A DNA stretch of 61,936 bases, the filler included, from Nemertoderma westbladi (Eukaryota > Animalia > Xenacoelomorpha), in NCBI GenBank assembly GCA_032718475.1. It is 3 parts of 3 records of this genome, joined end to end, with 100 filler letters (N's around TTAATTAATTAA, not from the genome) between each part and the next. Parts side by side here need not be neighbours in the genome. Positions count along the whole stretch, not along the records: positions 1 to 25,177 come from JAUCBJ010004097.1; positions 25,278 to 42,000 come from JAUCBJ010005491.1; 1 more part is not named here. One strand, written 5' to 3'. The translations under genes were made by a program, and so were the position numbers. The notes under the pieces were generated by a model. That model was not told the origin of the DNA and ran no database searches. It saw only the letters and a list, made by a program, of their open reading frames with translations. Position 1 is the first letter of the stretch. Each line of letters opens with the position of its first letter. Shown here piece after piece: positions 23,889 to 35,849 of the stretch.

Positions 23889-25177
23889 TAAATTATTAAT
23901 TACCAATTATAATTTGTGTAAGAAATCAGCATCGGAAAAAACACCTGCATTGTTGCTATGGTGATTGTTGTTACTATCAGAAATTAAACATATCATATAA
24001 TACAATTATCCAACTTACAATAAAGTTTATCACTAAATAACAGTGAATGTTTAACGAATGATGGTGTTTTATAGAATTATTATAATATACAGACGTAAAT
24101 AATAATAATAAAACATACATTATAATATTGTAAAACTTAACAATCTTATTATAAGTATTCTCCAGATTTTATTGTTATTGTCGATTTGATATATGTGTCT
24201 AACAAAAACGATTTTTAGTTATTCTTTTTACTTTTTAGACCTTTCACGAACTCAAAGTGATTTTATCGTCTCTTTATTTCATTTCACTTTATTTCATGGT
24301 GTCCGACCTTTTAAACGCTCTTTTATTACCTCATTCCCGGAATTTCCGTTTGTTTCTTATACATCCACCGATTCCCTTTTTCAATTACAGTAGGTTAATA
24401 ACCTCTCATACATTTAATTTATGGTGCTAATAACATCAAATACCAAATTAATCATCCACCATTAACCCTAATTCGGCTGGCACTTCTTGGATGGTGGTCA
24501 CAAGGCCGGGGGAGGGGGGGGGGGGGGGGGGGGGGGGTGTATTTCGGGGAAAGATTTTTCAACTTCTAATAACTTTGTACTGGTTGCACAAAATTCAACA
24601 AAATTTGGTGTGCGTGTAATTGTGCTATCTACAAACTGGTTTGAAAAAAATTGGAAATGAAAGTTTCTGTTTTGGGTGCAAAAACAGCGCACCAAAATGG
24701 CTAGTCATCAAAATTTCGAGTTTCTTCAAATTCATTTCCCCAATGAAATATAAACACTAAACTACTCTTTTAAAGGTTTTTAGCAATTGGTATGAACAAA
24801 TTATTGATTTCAACAAAAAATATCGGTGTTTTTCGAAAGTGTTTGGGTGCGAAAAGTGCAAGTAAGTTCAAAATTTCGCAATTTGATAAGTTTATTATTT
24901 TAGGATAATTCGCAGATCTGTGGGGTTATTGCGATGCTAATTTCATTCGAACAAAAATCCCGTTGTTCAGGATTCCACAAAGCAAGTAAGTTCAAAAGTT
25001 TTTATTAGCTCAGACACTGAGTCTTTTATTTTCTTTAGAAACTAATATAAAATATGAAAAGTGCTGGATACTTGTATTTTTCGTCCACTGACAAACATAA
25101 AAGTACCAATCACACTGTAGATTCGAAAACCCAAAAGTAAAGTAAAATGTAAGAGTTTATACACTATTACAAAATAT

Positions 25178-25277
25178 NNNNNNNNNNNNNNNNNNNNNNN
25201 NNNNNNNNNNNNNNNNNNNNNTTAATTAATTAANNNNNNNNNNNNNNNNNNNNNNNNNNNNNNNNNNNNNNNNNNNN
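25178..25277. other. Artificial scaffold spacer
   Basis: 44 N + TTAATTAATTAA (stops in all six frames) + 44 N. Confidence 0.97.
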
Positions 25278-26051
25278 TGATTATTGATATTCTTCAACTA
25301 ATAACATCCAATTATACTGATACAAAATTACAAACAGTAAAAGCAGTATGACGGTAGGTTAAGATATAATTAGATTGCATTGAATCGATTAATGATTGAT
25401 GATTGAATTGGTAAGATAATAGCTATGCTTTCTATAATTTAGCCTACTAATGTTCTTATAAAAAGGCAGAAAACATTTCGCTATATCAAAACGGTCTTAA
25501 AACACTGATAATAAAGTCTAAAATCATAACAAAATCATAACAAAAAGTCCCGTGACTTTAGCTCTCTTATTTTCCAAGAATCCCGTTCAACACATGTAAT
25601 CAGCAGTGAGACAGGATAATTTCAGTTCAGTAGCTCGGGATTGGTCGAAATCAGAACTAACTCAACGCAGGGCTATGGGTAACTGGGGCAACCTTCCCAA
25701 GCCGGCTGGCCAATCGAACAGCTCAGATCCCTCCTAAAGGATTCCAACGCCTTGGAGGGGGGAACTGGTTAGCAAAGAAAACAAATCAGTCATATCCCAG
25801 AAAAACCTTTACAGTAGGTTTCAGAGTATTTTAGCGTATGGGGGAAAAACTGGGTTGCGGGGCGAAGGGCCAGTTACATCCCACAGAAGCTTTTACAGCT
25901 ACGGAATTGCAACACCATATTTAACTCTAAAATATTTCATATAACTACATTGTGCTAAATACTTGGTGCTTGCTTAAAATATTTTTATTATTAGCCATTA
26001 CTGTTTCATATAGATTAATGAATACTTGATGTACACAGTTGGGTATTACGA

Positions 26052-26082
<31 letters not shown>

Positions 26083-26371
26083 ATTACCGACGAGGGACAA
26101 TTACGGATCGTGGTTGAATTTGGACATTGTCCCTTGGGACATACCTCAGCTGAAGAGACTCCTCATTGGATCGGGTTGCCGTTATATTGGCGACGTGCAT
26201 GCCATGTACTGACATTGCCTGTTCCGTTTCTGATGACTTACCACACTTAAACCATCCGCTGACCGTAAAGCCACCGTTGTCATTGATCACATCATTGATG
26301 TTTCAGATTTAGTCATTAAAAACGTGTTATGTTAATTCTGGGAAAAGTTAAGGGGTTTGAATATTGAGTAT

Positions 26372-29277
26372 TTCTGTGAATACAGACTCAGACACACACG
26401 GGCACGATGTTACCACCCCCCCCCCCCACCCCCCCCCCCCCCCCCCAGTACTTCCCAACGTTGTTAACAACAGTTATTGTATTATATAATAATAATATCC
26501 ACCAAAATCCCAATTGAAGTGCGATATCAAGATTTCCTTAGAATATTCCCTGAATTAGAAATACAGAGATATGAAATGGCCCTAAAACCTAAAACAAATA
26601 TATTAAATGGCCTTCCTAGGAAAATACACCCATGTTAGATTGAGTTCATAATCTACAGTTAATTATATTAAATTTATTAACAGTGGCCCCTTTATAATAT
26701 CAAAATATAAAATATGGCCCTAAATTCATAAATTAATTTTATTGATGTCTATTGGCAGAAATAGACTGGCAGACAGACATGTGTCAAACGGAAAAGGCAG
26801 GGGGAAGGATAATTGGGATTACAATCAGAGATGTGAGGCAAAGGTGGCTTCTACTGCTTGCCTTGCCATTTGCCCATCGCCTTATAAGTTAATAATAAAA
26901 GTAAGTAATAATAGTAAAGTGAAATCCTCCTCCAGTTTCGTTATTTATGATACGTTAAGCTGAAACTTGTGAAATCAATACTATAATACAACCTGCGCTG
27001 CATCATTGGGGAGAAACTGATCCATATGCAGATTTTTAAGTTTTTTATATGCAGTTTTAAATTTCACAAAATTTAAAACCTTCGATATTTCATATTTTAT
27101 AATCATTTTGACGTGACACCTGGCAATCATTATAGTAATAATTAAGGTGCATAATACTAGCTCAGGCACATTTTCCATTCAAAAACGTGCATTTATAATC
27201 TCTGTACCTGTAAATTTCAGATTATATCAGGCTCAGCATATTATAGTTAACCCCCTCCCCTCATACCTCCCATACCGTTGTTTACAGCAGTTATTGTATT
27301 ATATAATAAATAATATCCACCAAAATCCCAATTGAAGTGTGATATCAAGATTTCCTTAGAATATTCCCTGAATTAGAAATACGGAGATATGGCCCTAAAA
27401 CCTAAAACAAATATATTAAATGGCCTTCCTAGGAAAATACACCAATGTTAGATTGAGTTCATTTTACGGGTGCTTCAAGAGGGGCATGGCGCTTCTCCGG
27501 AGAGACAAATTTTAGATTTTTCGATTCTACTTCGTATAAGACATTTTCTTTTTCTTAATACGGAAATTTATTTAATGATGATGTGTAATGATCAGTTTCA
27601 GTGATGTATGCGCTTGCATACATCAATTTCTTGCTACGAATGTGTTGTTCAAAAACCCGTTCGAGTAACAACATAACAACATAAATAATTATAACACCTA
27701 CTTTTGGTCTACAAATGTAGACCTTGAGCGCTATTGGGTTTTAATTCTAACTAATTTTAGGGCTGAGTCCAAAACAAAGACCAAAGACCCTAGAGTGTAC
27801 AAAACAAAGAGGTAAAGTCGCTTTAGGTCCCATTGCCATTTAAAGGAGCAAGTTAGTAAAGGAGCAGGTTACAGAAGCGTGTTGGCGGAACCAAAACAAT
27901 AAACGAAAGTTAACACATTTTACAAGATTATGCAGGTTACTTAATTGGGCCTTGGGTCTTTATTTTGTACTCACCCCTAATATTGTCTCTAATTGATAAA
28001 AAGGTATCTGGAGATGTATTAAGAATTATAAGATCCTTGAAGAATAACTCTAATAATTTTTGTCGTCAAATGAAACGTAGACCTATGGATGCACCAACGG
28101 AAGAGGTGAAGTCACTTATCCTAGATCAATCAAAATGAGGTAGCTGCTTGTATAAGGAATCCTACAATTGTTTAGTCACATTGGAAGAACAATATTACAG
28201 GCGTGCATTAATGTGTGCAATGCGTGCATGTGTTAGCCTATGTTCGGGGTGTATTCTAATTATGTTCTAACTGTGTTCTCGTGTGTTCCCTTATGTTCTA
28301 TAAATAGTTCTATCCGGCGTGCAAAAGCTTGATCCAGACCCCTCTAACCATCTCACAATCCAGTCAGGCAGCCTTAGATTTGGCAAAAATGGAATCTGCG
28401 TCGATAACATCATATAATATGCTGAGTCTGTTATAATCTGAAATTTCTTAACAGAGATTAAAACTACATGTTTTTGTATGGAAAATGTGCCTGAGCTAGT
28501 ATTATGCACCTTAATTATTAATATAATGATTGCCAGGTGTCACATCAAAACGATTATAAAATACGAAATATCGAAGGTAAAAATTTTAGTATTTGGCCCT
28601 CTAGCAGTGGACTGGGGAACTGCATATGGATCAGTTTCTCCCCAATGATGCAGCGCAGGTTGTATTATAGTATTGATTTCACAAGTTTCAGCTTAAACGT
28701 ATCATAAATAACGAAACTGGAGGAGGATTTCACTTTACTATTATTACTTACTTTTATTATTAACTTATAAGGCGATGGGCAAATGGCAAGGCAAGCAGTA
28801 GAAGCCACCTTTGCCTCACATCTCTGATCGTAATCCCAATTATCCTTCCCCCTGTCTTTTCCGTTTGACACATGTCTGTCTGCAAGTCTATTTCTGCCAA
28901 TAGACATCAATAAAATTAATTTATAAATTTAGGGCCATATTTTATATTTTGATATTATAAAGGGGCCACTGTTAATAAATTTAAAGTAATTAACTGTAGA
29001 TTATGAACTCAATCTAACATGGGTGTATTTTCTTAGGAAGGCCATTTAATATATTTGTTTTAGGTTTTAGGGCCATTTCATATCTCTGTATTTCTAAATC
29101 AGGGCATTATTCTAAGGAAATCTTGATTTCGCACTTCAATTGGGATTTGGGTGGATATTAGTTATTATATAATACAATAACTGCTGTAAACAACGGCGGG
29201 AAATATGAGGGGGGGGGGGGTAACTCTGTGAAACAGTACATCGTGCCCGTGCGTGTCTGAGTCTGTATTCACAGATA
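26372..29277. repeat. Large inverted repeat: arms about 26372-27245 and 28412-29277; extra direct partial copies at about 27250-27460 and 29950-30480
   Basis: Mirror ORFs 26742..26963(+) and 28665..28910(-) are nearly identical; the nucleotide match extends about 870 bp. Confidence 0.9.
27760..27977. mobile_element. MITE in the spacer of the inverted repeat
   Basis: Imperfect TIRs GGGCTGAGTCCAAAACAAAGACC / GGTCTTTATTTTGTACTCACCCC, flanked by TA. Confidence 0.55.
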
Positions 29278-30564
29278 TACGCACTATAATCACATACCCT
29301 TTGCCGGAGTCATGATTGCTGCATAGAGCATTGATACCAACCGTGACAGTGGAACAGATGGTGACTCCCCCCCCCCCCCCCCCCCCCAGGTCGGCGAGGT
29401 CTCAAGTGTTTGGAACTCATTCAACCTAAATACACGTGCAGAACTCCCTCAAAAAATGAAAATGATGTTCGCGCTAGTTCCAAAGAATGGTAACCTAACA
29501 CACTTTGGATCTTTTCATGAAATCACGTTGATCTCAATTACTGCAAGGATATAATACAGTACATTTTTATAGAATCACAATGGTCGCTTTTGTTTTTGAT
29601 TACCGATAATTAGCTCCCTGATATTGTTCAAATATAATCTAATGAGCAGACCCGATCCCGATCTGATCTGCAGAATACCTTTGCTGGGAAACAGAAATCT
29701 GAAACGTTTCTTAAAATTCATATCATACGTTTTGAATGACTAAAATTATGGAGAAGGGGGTGGGGGGGGGGGGGGATTCACCAGTCACCATATGTTCCAC
29801 TGTCACGGCAAAAAAAGGCACTTTTGGCAACAGCAGAGTGCCATTTTGTGGCCTATTTTTTTTAATTATTTGGTTTGGCCATTTTTAAACACACCAGACG
29901 ATATTTAGTACCACAACAAATAACTTTCAAATATAGTTTGAGATTTCAAAATGTTTCAGATTTAGTCATTAAAAACGTATTATGTTAATTCTAGGAAAAG
30001 TTAAGGGGTTTGAATATTGAGTATTTGTGTGAATACAGACTCAGACACACACGGGCACGATGTTACTACCCCCCATACTTGCCACCGTTGTTAACAACAG
30101 TTATTGTATCATACAATAAAAAATATAGGTCTACACCCAAATCCCAATTGAAGTGCGATATCAAGATTTCCTTATAAAATGCCCTCAATTAGAAATACGG
30201 AGATATGAAATGGCCCTAAAACCTAAAACAAATATATTAAATGGCCTTCCTAGGAAAATACACCCCTGTTAGATTGAGTTCATAATCTACAGTTATTTAT
30301 ATTAAATTTATTAACAGTGGCTCCTTTATAATATCAAAATATAAAATATGGCCCTAAATTCATAAATTAATTTTATTAATGTATATTGGCAGAAATAGAC
30401 TGGCAGACAGATTGAGTTCATATTGTACAGTTAAATTACATTAAATTTATTAACAGTGGCCCTATCAAAATATCAAAATTATATAAAATGGCCTTTTAGA
30501 TTTACAGTAAATATATTGCAGCCAATTGGAAAATATAATTTGGCAATTGGCAATTACGATTCCC

Positions 30565-30962
30565 CGTACTTAGTTCCAATTTAAGCCTCATGCGAATTTA
30601 GTTCCAATGGAAAAGAATTTAGTTCCGACAATGGAATCGAATTTAGTTCCAATATTGGCGAATTTATTTCCAATTTAGGCGAACTTAGTTCCAATAACTA
30701 GAGAAAAAAGTTCGTACCCATTGGAAATTTATTCGCTTTCATTGGAACTAAATTCGCATCCATTGGAACTAAATTCGCATGCATTGGAACTAAATTCGCA
30801 TCCATTGGAATTAAGTTCGTTTTGATATTCTGGGATTGGAACTAAGTTCGCCTCGATTGGAACTAAGTTCGCTTTGTAAAATTTATTTTGGAACTAAATG
30901 CATTTCAATTGGAACTACATAAGTTCGCCTTTGAAAATGTGCGATTGGAACTAAGTTCGTGC
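30565..30962. repeat. Fold-back array of about 21-bp subrepeats
   Basis: GAATTTAGTTCCAAT units at 30565-30695, then inverted ATTGGAACTAA(A/G)TTCG units at 30720-30960. Confidence 0.8.
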
Positions 30963-31000
30963 TAACCTCATTAGTTACCACACCCCGTGCCTGAATACAC

Positions 31001-34000
31001 CACGGCACTTTTGAAAAGCTCCGTTAAATCTGTTTGTTTTATTGGTAGTTTTGTGCCAAGAAATGAAGAAAAAACGAAGAATGAAAATATTTCATCGAGG
31101 GCCTCTTTTTTAATTGCAAATTTTCATTTTCATAAAAATTTTCCAATTTTTGTTGTAAAGATTTTTTTTAAAAATATTCTCCATTAAATTTTCATTTTCA
31201 ATTGATACTAGTACATGGTAGAAAAGTCAATGCAAGAAAAAGTAGATGATTTAACCGAGGGCTTTTAATCTTATGCGGGTGTTGATGCATTTTTCACATA
31301 AAAAGCTGGCTTTATATTGACAGTAGGGCTACGGTCTGGCCATTATAGAGCATAACAAACCATAAATTCTGAATACAATGTTTTGCTGTCAGTTAAGAAT
31401 TATATGAACATAAATTTTTATGCCCTACTCATAGATATACAGTCGAAGCAGATTATGTGATATATAGGCTACTGATTGATTCGGACACATTATTACAATA
31501 CACAGGCATCTCTTGTAAATATCAAATTGATAAACTGCTTGATTGGCTCCCGTTTGAGTGCATAGCAACCGAAATGGAGGGTATTTTGAAACTAGCCATA
31601 AAGCCTTTAAATGTTTCTGGCTTCAGTAGTTCCACTTGTAGCCTAGGGATGCGCTTTGTATACTGGTATGTAGGCATGCCTTTTCTTTTACATTGCTAGC
31701 TAGATACCGGTAGGTCAACTCTGTTACCTACTAAACTGCAGTAATACTAATACAGCATATACCTAACTTTTAAAGGAAGGATGCCACACCATTCGCGAAC
31801 TCACGAAGAATGTAGGGCTGTAGTTTGTCTATTATGCATGAATAAAGGCAAAGAGATGAGAAAGTTAACTGATAGAATGCATGCGACTATTCAAAAACAC
31901 TATTTCAATGGGTACGATCCAAACGATGTGAGACTTCCAGTGTCTATATGTGGTTCTTGCAGGTTAGTTCTGCAACAGAACGAGAAAGAAGATGTAGGCC
32001 ATTTGAGTAAACGGATAGAGGTTTACGATTACTCTGGAATTGAAAGACCAGAGTGGGGTATAAGGTCCGAGATACACGAAAAAAACTGTACTGTTTGTGA
32101 AATTGCAAGGACAAATATTTTTGGTGGCAATCATGGAGTACAAAAACGTCCCCAAGGCAGACCGAAATTGAATACTGGCGCGACAACTTCCTCAGTTAGA
32201 ACACCGGATGTTATAAAGTTGTGTTCACATTGTTTCTCCATGATTAGCCCTGGAAAGTGTCATGATTGCTCTAAGAGAAATCGCATTTACAACATGAAAG
32301 ATTTAATAGCAAACAGCTCGCCAACTGCTCCGGATAAGCTGTCCGCATCCATACTACTGAAGGCAAATTTAAATAAAGGTCAACAACTCGCGACAGCTTC
32401 GGGACACAAACTAAATGTTGTTGCATCCTTTAAACCCATTAAACCGATGTTGCAGGAACCGATTTTAACAGCCAATGCCTTATCAACAATTCAGATGGAT
32501 TTAAATCTAAGCACAAGGGGAACCCATCGTCTCGCACAGGATATTCGCTGTGCAACTTCTTCTAGAAAGGCTGTAGAAATTGATCTGAAACGGAAGCTGT
32601 TCGAGAAAGATCATAATTTGGATGATTTTTTTAAAGTTAGTAAGGAGCCATTCATTGTTAAAGCGAACAATGTGGTAATTGATCGTGTCCAACGTTCCAC
32701 TGTCCTGTGCTCAACCCCACAAGATTTCATTGACCATGTTGTACTGTATAGAAATCTGGACCCGGGAACCACATTATTCAAGTTAGGTTTGGATGGAGGA
32801 GGCGGATTTCTCAAACTGTGTTTGTCCGTTATATGTCGAGATACGGGCTCGGAACTATCAAAGAAATCCAGATTGTCTTATGGAGGTGGTGTGAATTCAA
32901 GACAGAACTTCAAGGATTCTGGAGTCAAGAAACTCTTTATTCTGGGAATAGCTCCTTTAGTACAGGAGAACTATGAGAATCTGCTGAGTCTGTGGATTAA
33001 ACTCGGACTTAATAATTTGCGGGATGATACTCCGTTTACTATGTCAGTCGATCTTAAAGTTTGCAACATCCTCTTGGGAATTATGGCCCATGGTAGTACT
33101 CACCCATGCAGTTGGTGTATGGTTGGCAGAAGTATGTTGCACGAGCAGGGAGAAGATCGTACTTTAAAGTCCCTTTCTGACTCATTCTGGGACTTTTTCG
33201 AGGCTGGGCGCAATAGAAGTAACGCCAAAGATTTTTACAACGTGGTCCATTTAGCGATTGTTCAGGGAAGCGAAGAATCTATAAAAGTTCTGGATATTCA
33301 AGCACCTCCAGAGCTACACCTTCTCATTGGCCCAGTTTGTCATATCTACGATGGATTGAAAGGCATTTGGCCTGATTGCAACAGGTGGATCGAGGCCTGT
33401 CATGTACAAAGAGAAGCGTTACATGGTGGTAGTTTCACTGGGAATAGCTGCAGTACATTGCTTCGAAATGTCGATATTCTGGAATCCATTTCTCCCGTTC
33501 AGTGCTTACCCTATGTTGCTGCTCTCCGTAGCTTCTCAAAGGTCGTATCAGCATGTTTCAGCACAGTCCTAGATCCCCAGTACAGAGAATTGATCAATGA
33601 GTTTAAATCCAAATATCTCGATCTTGGAATTAGTGTAACCCCAAAAGTGCACGCTGTGTTCTTCCATGTTCCTGACTTTTGTGCCGCAAAGGAAGAAGGT
33701 CTCGGTCCATGGAGTGAGCAAGCATTTGAGTCTGTGCACCATGACTTTGCACAGACATGGGGGAATTACAAACTTAATTCAATTGATCATCCCGACTATA
33801 GTACACACCTGCTACGTGCTGTTCAAGTATATAATGCCCGTCATATTTAACTGTGAAGTATTTAGTTTGAACTGTTTGAAGGCTTTAGTAATGAAAAATG
33901 TAATGCCCTTCGACTGGGACTAAAAGCCCTCTATAAAACGATATAATCTTTCTTGATTTAACTTTATTACTATGTTCTTGTTTCAATTAAAATAGAAAAT

Positions 34001-34020
34001 TTAATGGAGAATATTTTAAA
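31001..34020 (+). mobile_element. Chapaev-type (CMC group) DNA transposon, right terminus not found
   Basis: CACGG 5' terminus at 31001. Subterminal inverted repeats at about 31170-31268 and 33922-34018 bracket the transposase. No matching CCGTG end seen. Confidence 0.7.
31781..33850 (+). CDS. Intact 689-aa DDE transposase, Chapaev/RAG1-Transib fold
   Basis: N-terminal H-x7-CxxC..CxxC..CxxC..GRP Chapa-like zinc finger. Candidate triad GLDGGGG / VDLK / SEQAFESVH. Zinc ligands CSWC and KVHAVFFH; PPELH motif. Confidence 0.88.
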   Translation: MPHHSRTHEECRAVVCLLCMNKGKEMRKLTDRMHATIQKHYFNGYDPNDVRLPVSICGSCRLVLQQNEKEDVGHLSKRIEVYDYSGIERPEWGIRSEIHEKNCTVCEIARTNIFGGNHGVQKRPQGRPKLNTGATTSSVRTPDVIKLCSHCFSMISPGKCHDCSKRNRIYNMKDLIANSSPTAPDKLSASILLKANLNKGQQLATASGHKLNVVASFKPIKPMLQEPILTANALSTIQMDLNLSTRGTHRLAQDIRCATSSRKAVEIDLKRKLFEKDHNLDDFFKVSKEPFIVKANNVVIDRVQRSTVLCSTPQDFIDHVVLYRNLDPGTTLFKLGLDGGGGFLKLCLSVICRDTGSELSKKSRLSYGGGVNSRQNFKDSGVKKLFILGIAPLVQENYENLLSLWIKLGLNNLRDDTPFTMSVDLKVCNILLGIMAHGSTHPCSWCMVGRSMLHEQGEDRTLKSLSDSFWDFFEAGRNRSNAKDFYNVVHLAIVQGSEESIKVLDIQAPPELHLLIGPVCHIYDGLKGIWPDCNRWIEACHVQREALHGGSFTGNSCSTLLRNVDILESISPVQCLPYVAALRSFSKVVSACFSTVLDPQYRELINEFKSKYLDLGISVTPKVHAVFFHVPDFCAAKEEGLGPWSEQAFESVHHDFAQTWGNYKLNSIDHPDYSTHLLRAVQVYNARHI

Positions 34021-34444
34021 TTTTATTGAATATTTTAAATTTTAAACTAAATAATTTTAAAATAATAGATAGAAGAGTAATGGAAAATGATTTATGAAGA
34101 TTACCGGTACGTTTTAGTGAGTTGGGAGAAAAATTTTTTCCTAAAATTACACCATCCAAAAGACATCAATTATATATTTAGGAACGACTGCAATACTGCC
34201 AGCGTAGCGTACACACGTTGGGTAGTGACAAGTGACATACTGAAAAATAATGTGTGACTTTGATTGTGATATAATTTTGAAAATATATTGGTAAATCAAT
34301 AAATTAGACATAACAATTACTTTTAAAAAAGTAATTTCCTAGCTTTGTGACTACTGAACTCGTGAATGATTTCAGATAAATCTAATTGAAAAGTAAATTA
34401 TATGTTAATTGTAATAATTAATACAGTAATAATTTACTCGCATT

Positions 34445-35090
34445 GGGGACCCGAGTGTTAGGGTGTTTACTGAGGCTAGTCTAGTGACTTGCCTCAGATT
34501 CACCAATGGCTTTGTTGGTCGGGGTGGAACATGAGAGTAGCCTCCAACTCCAGAGTCCCTCTCCCCATCACAATCTGGCCTCCCTGGTGACCCAGGGTTT
34601 GGGCCAGAAAGGTCATCAGGAAAGGGACTCTAAGAATTGTTGGCTGCTCTCTCTCCAGTAGGGGGTGAGACAGGCAGCCGGTCAGGAGTTAACTGACGCC
34701 TGTGAGGCCGATTGTGTCCGGTAATTCCACTGGCCTCTAGTGGCCGGACCTCCACATTGCTAATGTAATCCATAGTGGGGGTTGGGGGGTGCTTTATTGC
34801 CGAGTCAGCTCTCGGGGCAAATACCACACCCTGGTTTGCCATTCCACAGGGTGGGTGTCGCAATGGAGTCAGATATGAGGCCCATCACCCATATCTACTC
34901 TGGCGCACATGACCCACCATTGGCTGTTGCAGCTCATCTGCTGGGTCATGCCCTGTACCCTTGCTGCCAGGTGCAGGTCGCAGTGAAGTGCTCTCAGAGT
35001 GGACATGAGAACACTCTACTCCTGACCAGCCATTGGTAGATCACCATCTGCCTGGTCAGGCCATATACCCCTGTGATTGGATCTGGTGTG
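34445..35090. other. GC-rich multi-hairpin island, possibly an orphan non-LTR 5' UTR
   Basis: Several 7-10 bp stems (AGAGTCCCT/AGGGACTCT, CCTGACCAG/CTGGTCAGG, CATGACCCA/TGGGTCATG) and no credible ORF. Confidence 0.45.
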
Positions 35091-35849
35091 ATAAAACCAG
35101 TCATGGTGATTATATGATTAAATGATGTTATAAGTAAATTAGTTGAAGGGTTAGCGAGTTTGCAGAGAAATAGTGAAGTACAGGAGGAAATGGCTGCACT
35201 TAATGTTAGAAAATTAGGCGAGTCCATTGCACAAACATTGGAGCAAACAAATCAACAGAATGCTAAAGCACTTGCTGATATAACCACCAGTGTTGTAGAT
35301 AAACTTAAAACTTAAATTATTCCTGGACGAAAAATATACGAAGGTGATAGTTGTGCTCGCGCTATGGCGAGTTATTTGTTTATCCAGGACTGATGGGCCC
35401 TATTGGGCCAGTCAGTTTTAGCGCGTTTCGACGAGGACTTTATCAAACAAAGAGCTTCGTTGTGGTTGGCTCACAGCCCAGAAAAATTTAAGACTTATGT
35501 TAGGCCCTCCAAACGCGCATCAAACAATGGTAACATGTAGCATGTTGTAAAATAGTTCATGTTATTCAGTTTAGTGTACTGCTTTATTTTTCTGATATTT
35601 TTGTTGCAGGATTTTGTTTTTGTTGTATTTTTAGTTCTGTCAGGCATTATATTTCAGAATTGGAACTGCGAGTTTCGGCCAAGGACTAATAAAACATAAT
35701 CCTAACTTTGTGATTCTTATATAATGTTATGGAATATTACATTACTTAAATTAGTTAATTTCATTTCACAATTCATATATTGTGAAATACGATTTCTACG
35801 ATTTGTACAGTACAATGTAGCAATATTGACAACGGATCCTCATCAATAA

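Noticed and set aside
23558-23906. Repetitive ORFs or CRISPR-sized repeats
   Set aside because: Plain 26/29-bp minisatellite without spacers; the ORFs are by-products.
24462-25177. piggyBac-like left end TTAACCCT
   Set aside because: Only a short motif; any partner end would lie beyond the gap, so it cannot be supported.
25222-25233. TTAATTAATTAA as a biological site (piggyBac target or PacI-like)
   Set aside because: Centred in N runs and repeated at 42045; an assembly linker.
26742-28910. Duplicated small ORFs as genes
   Set aside because: Non-ATG starts, no domain, different ends; explained by the inverted repeat.
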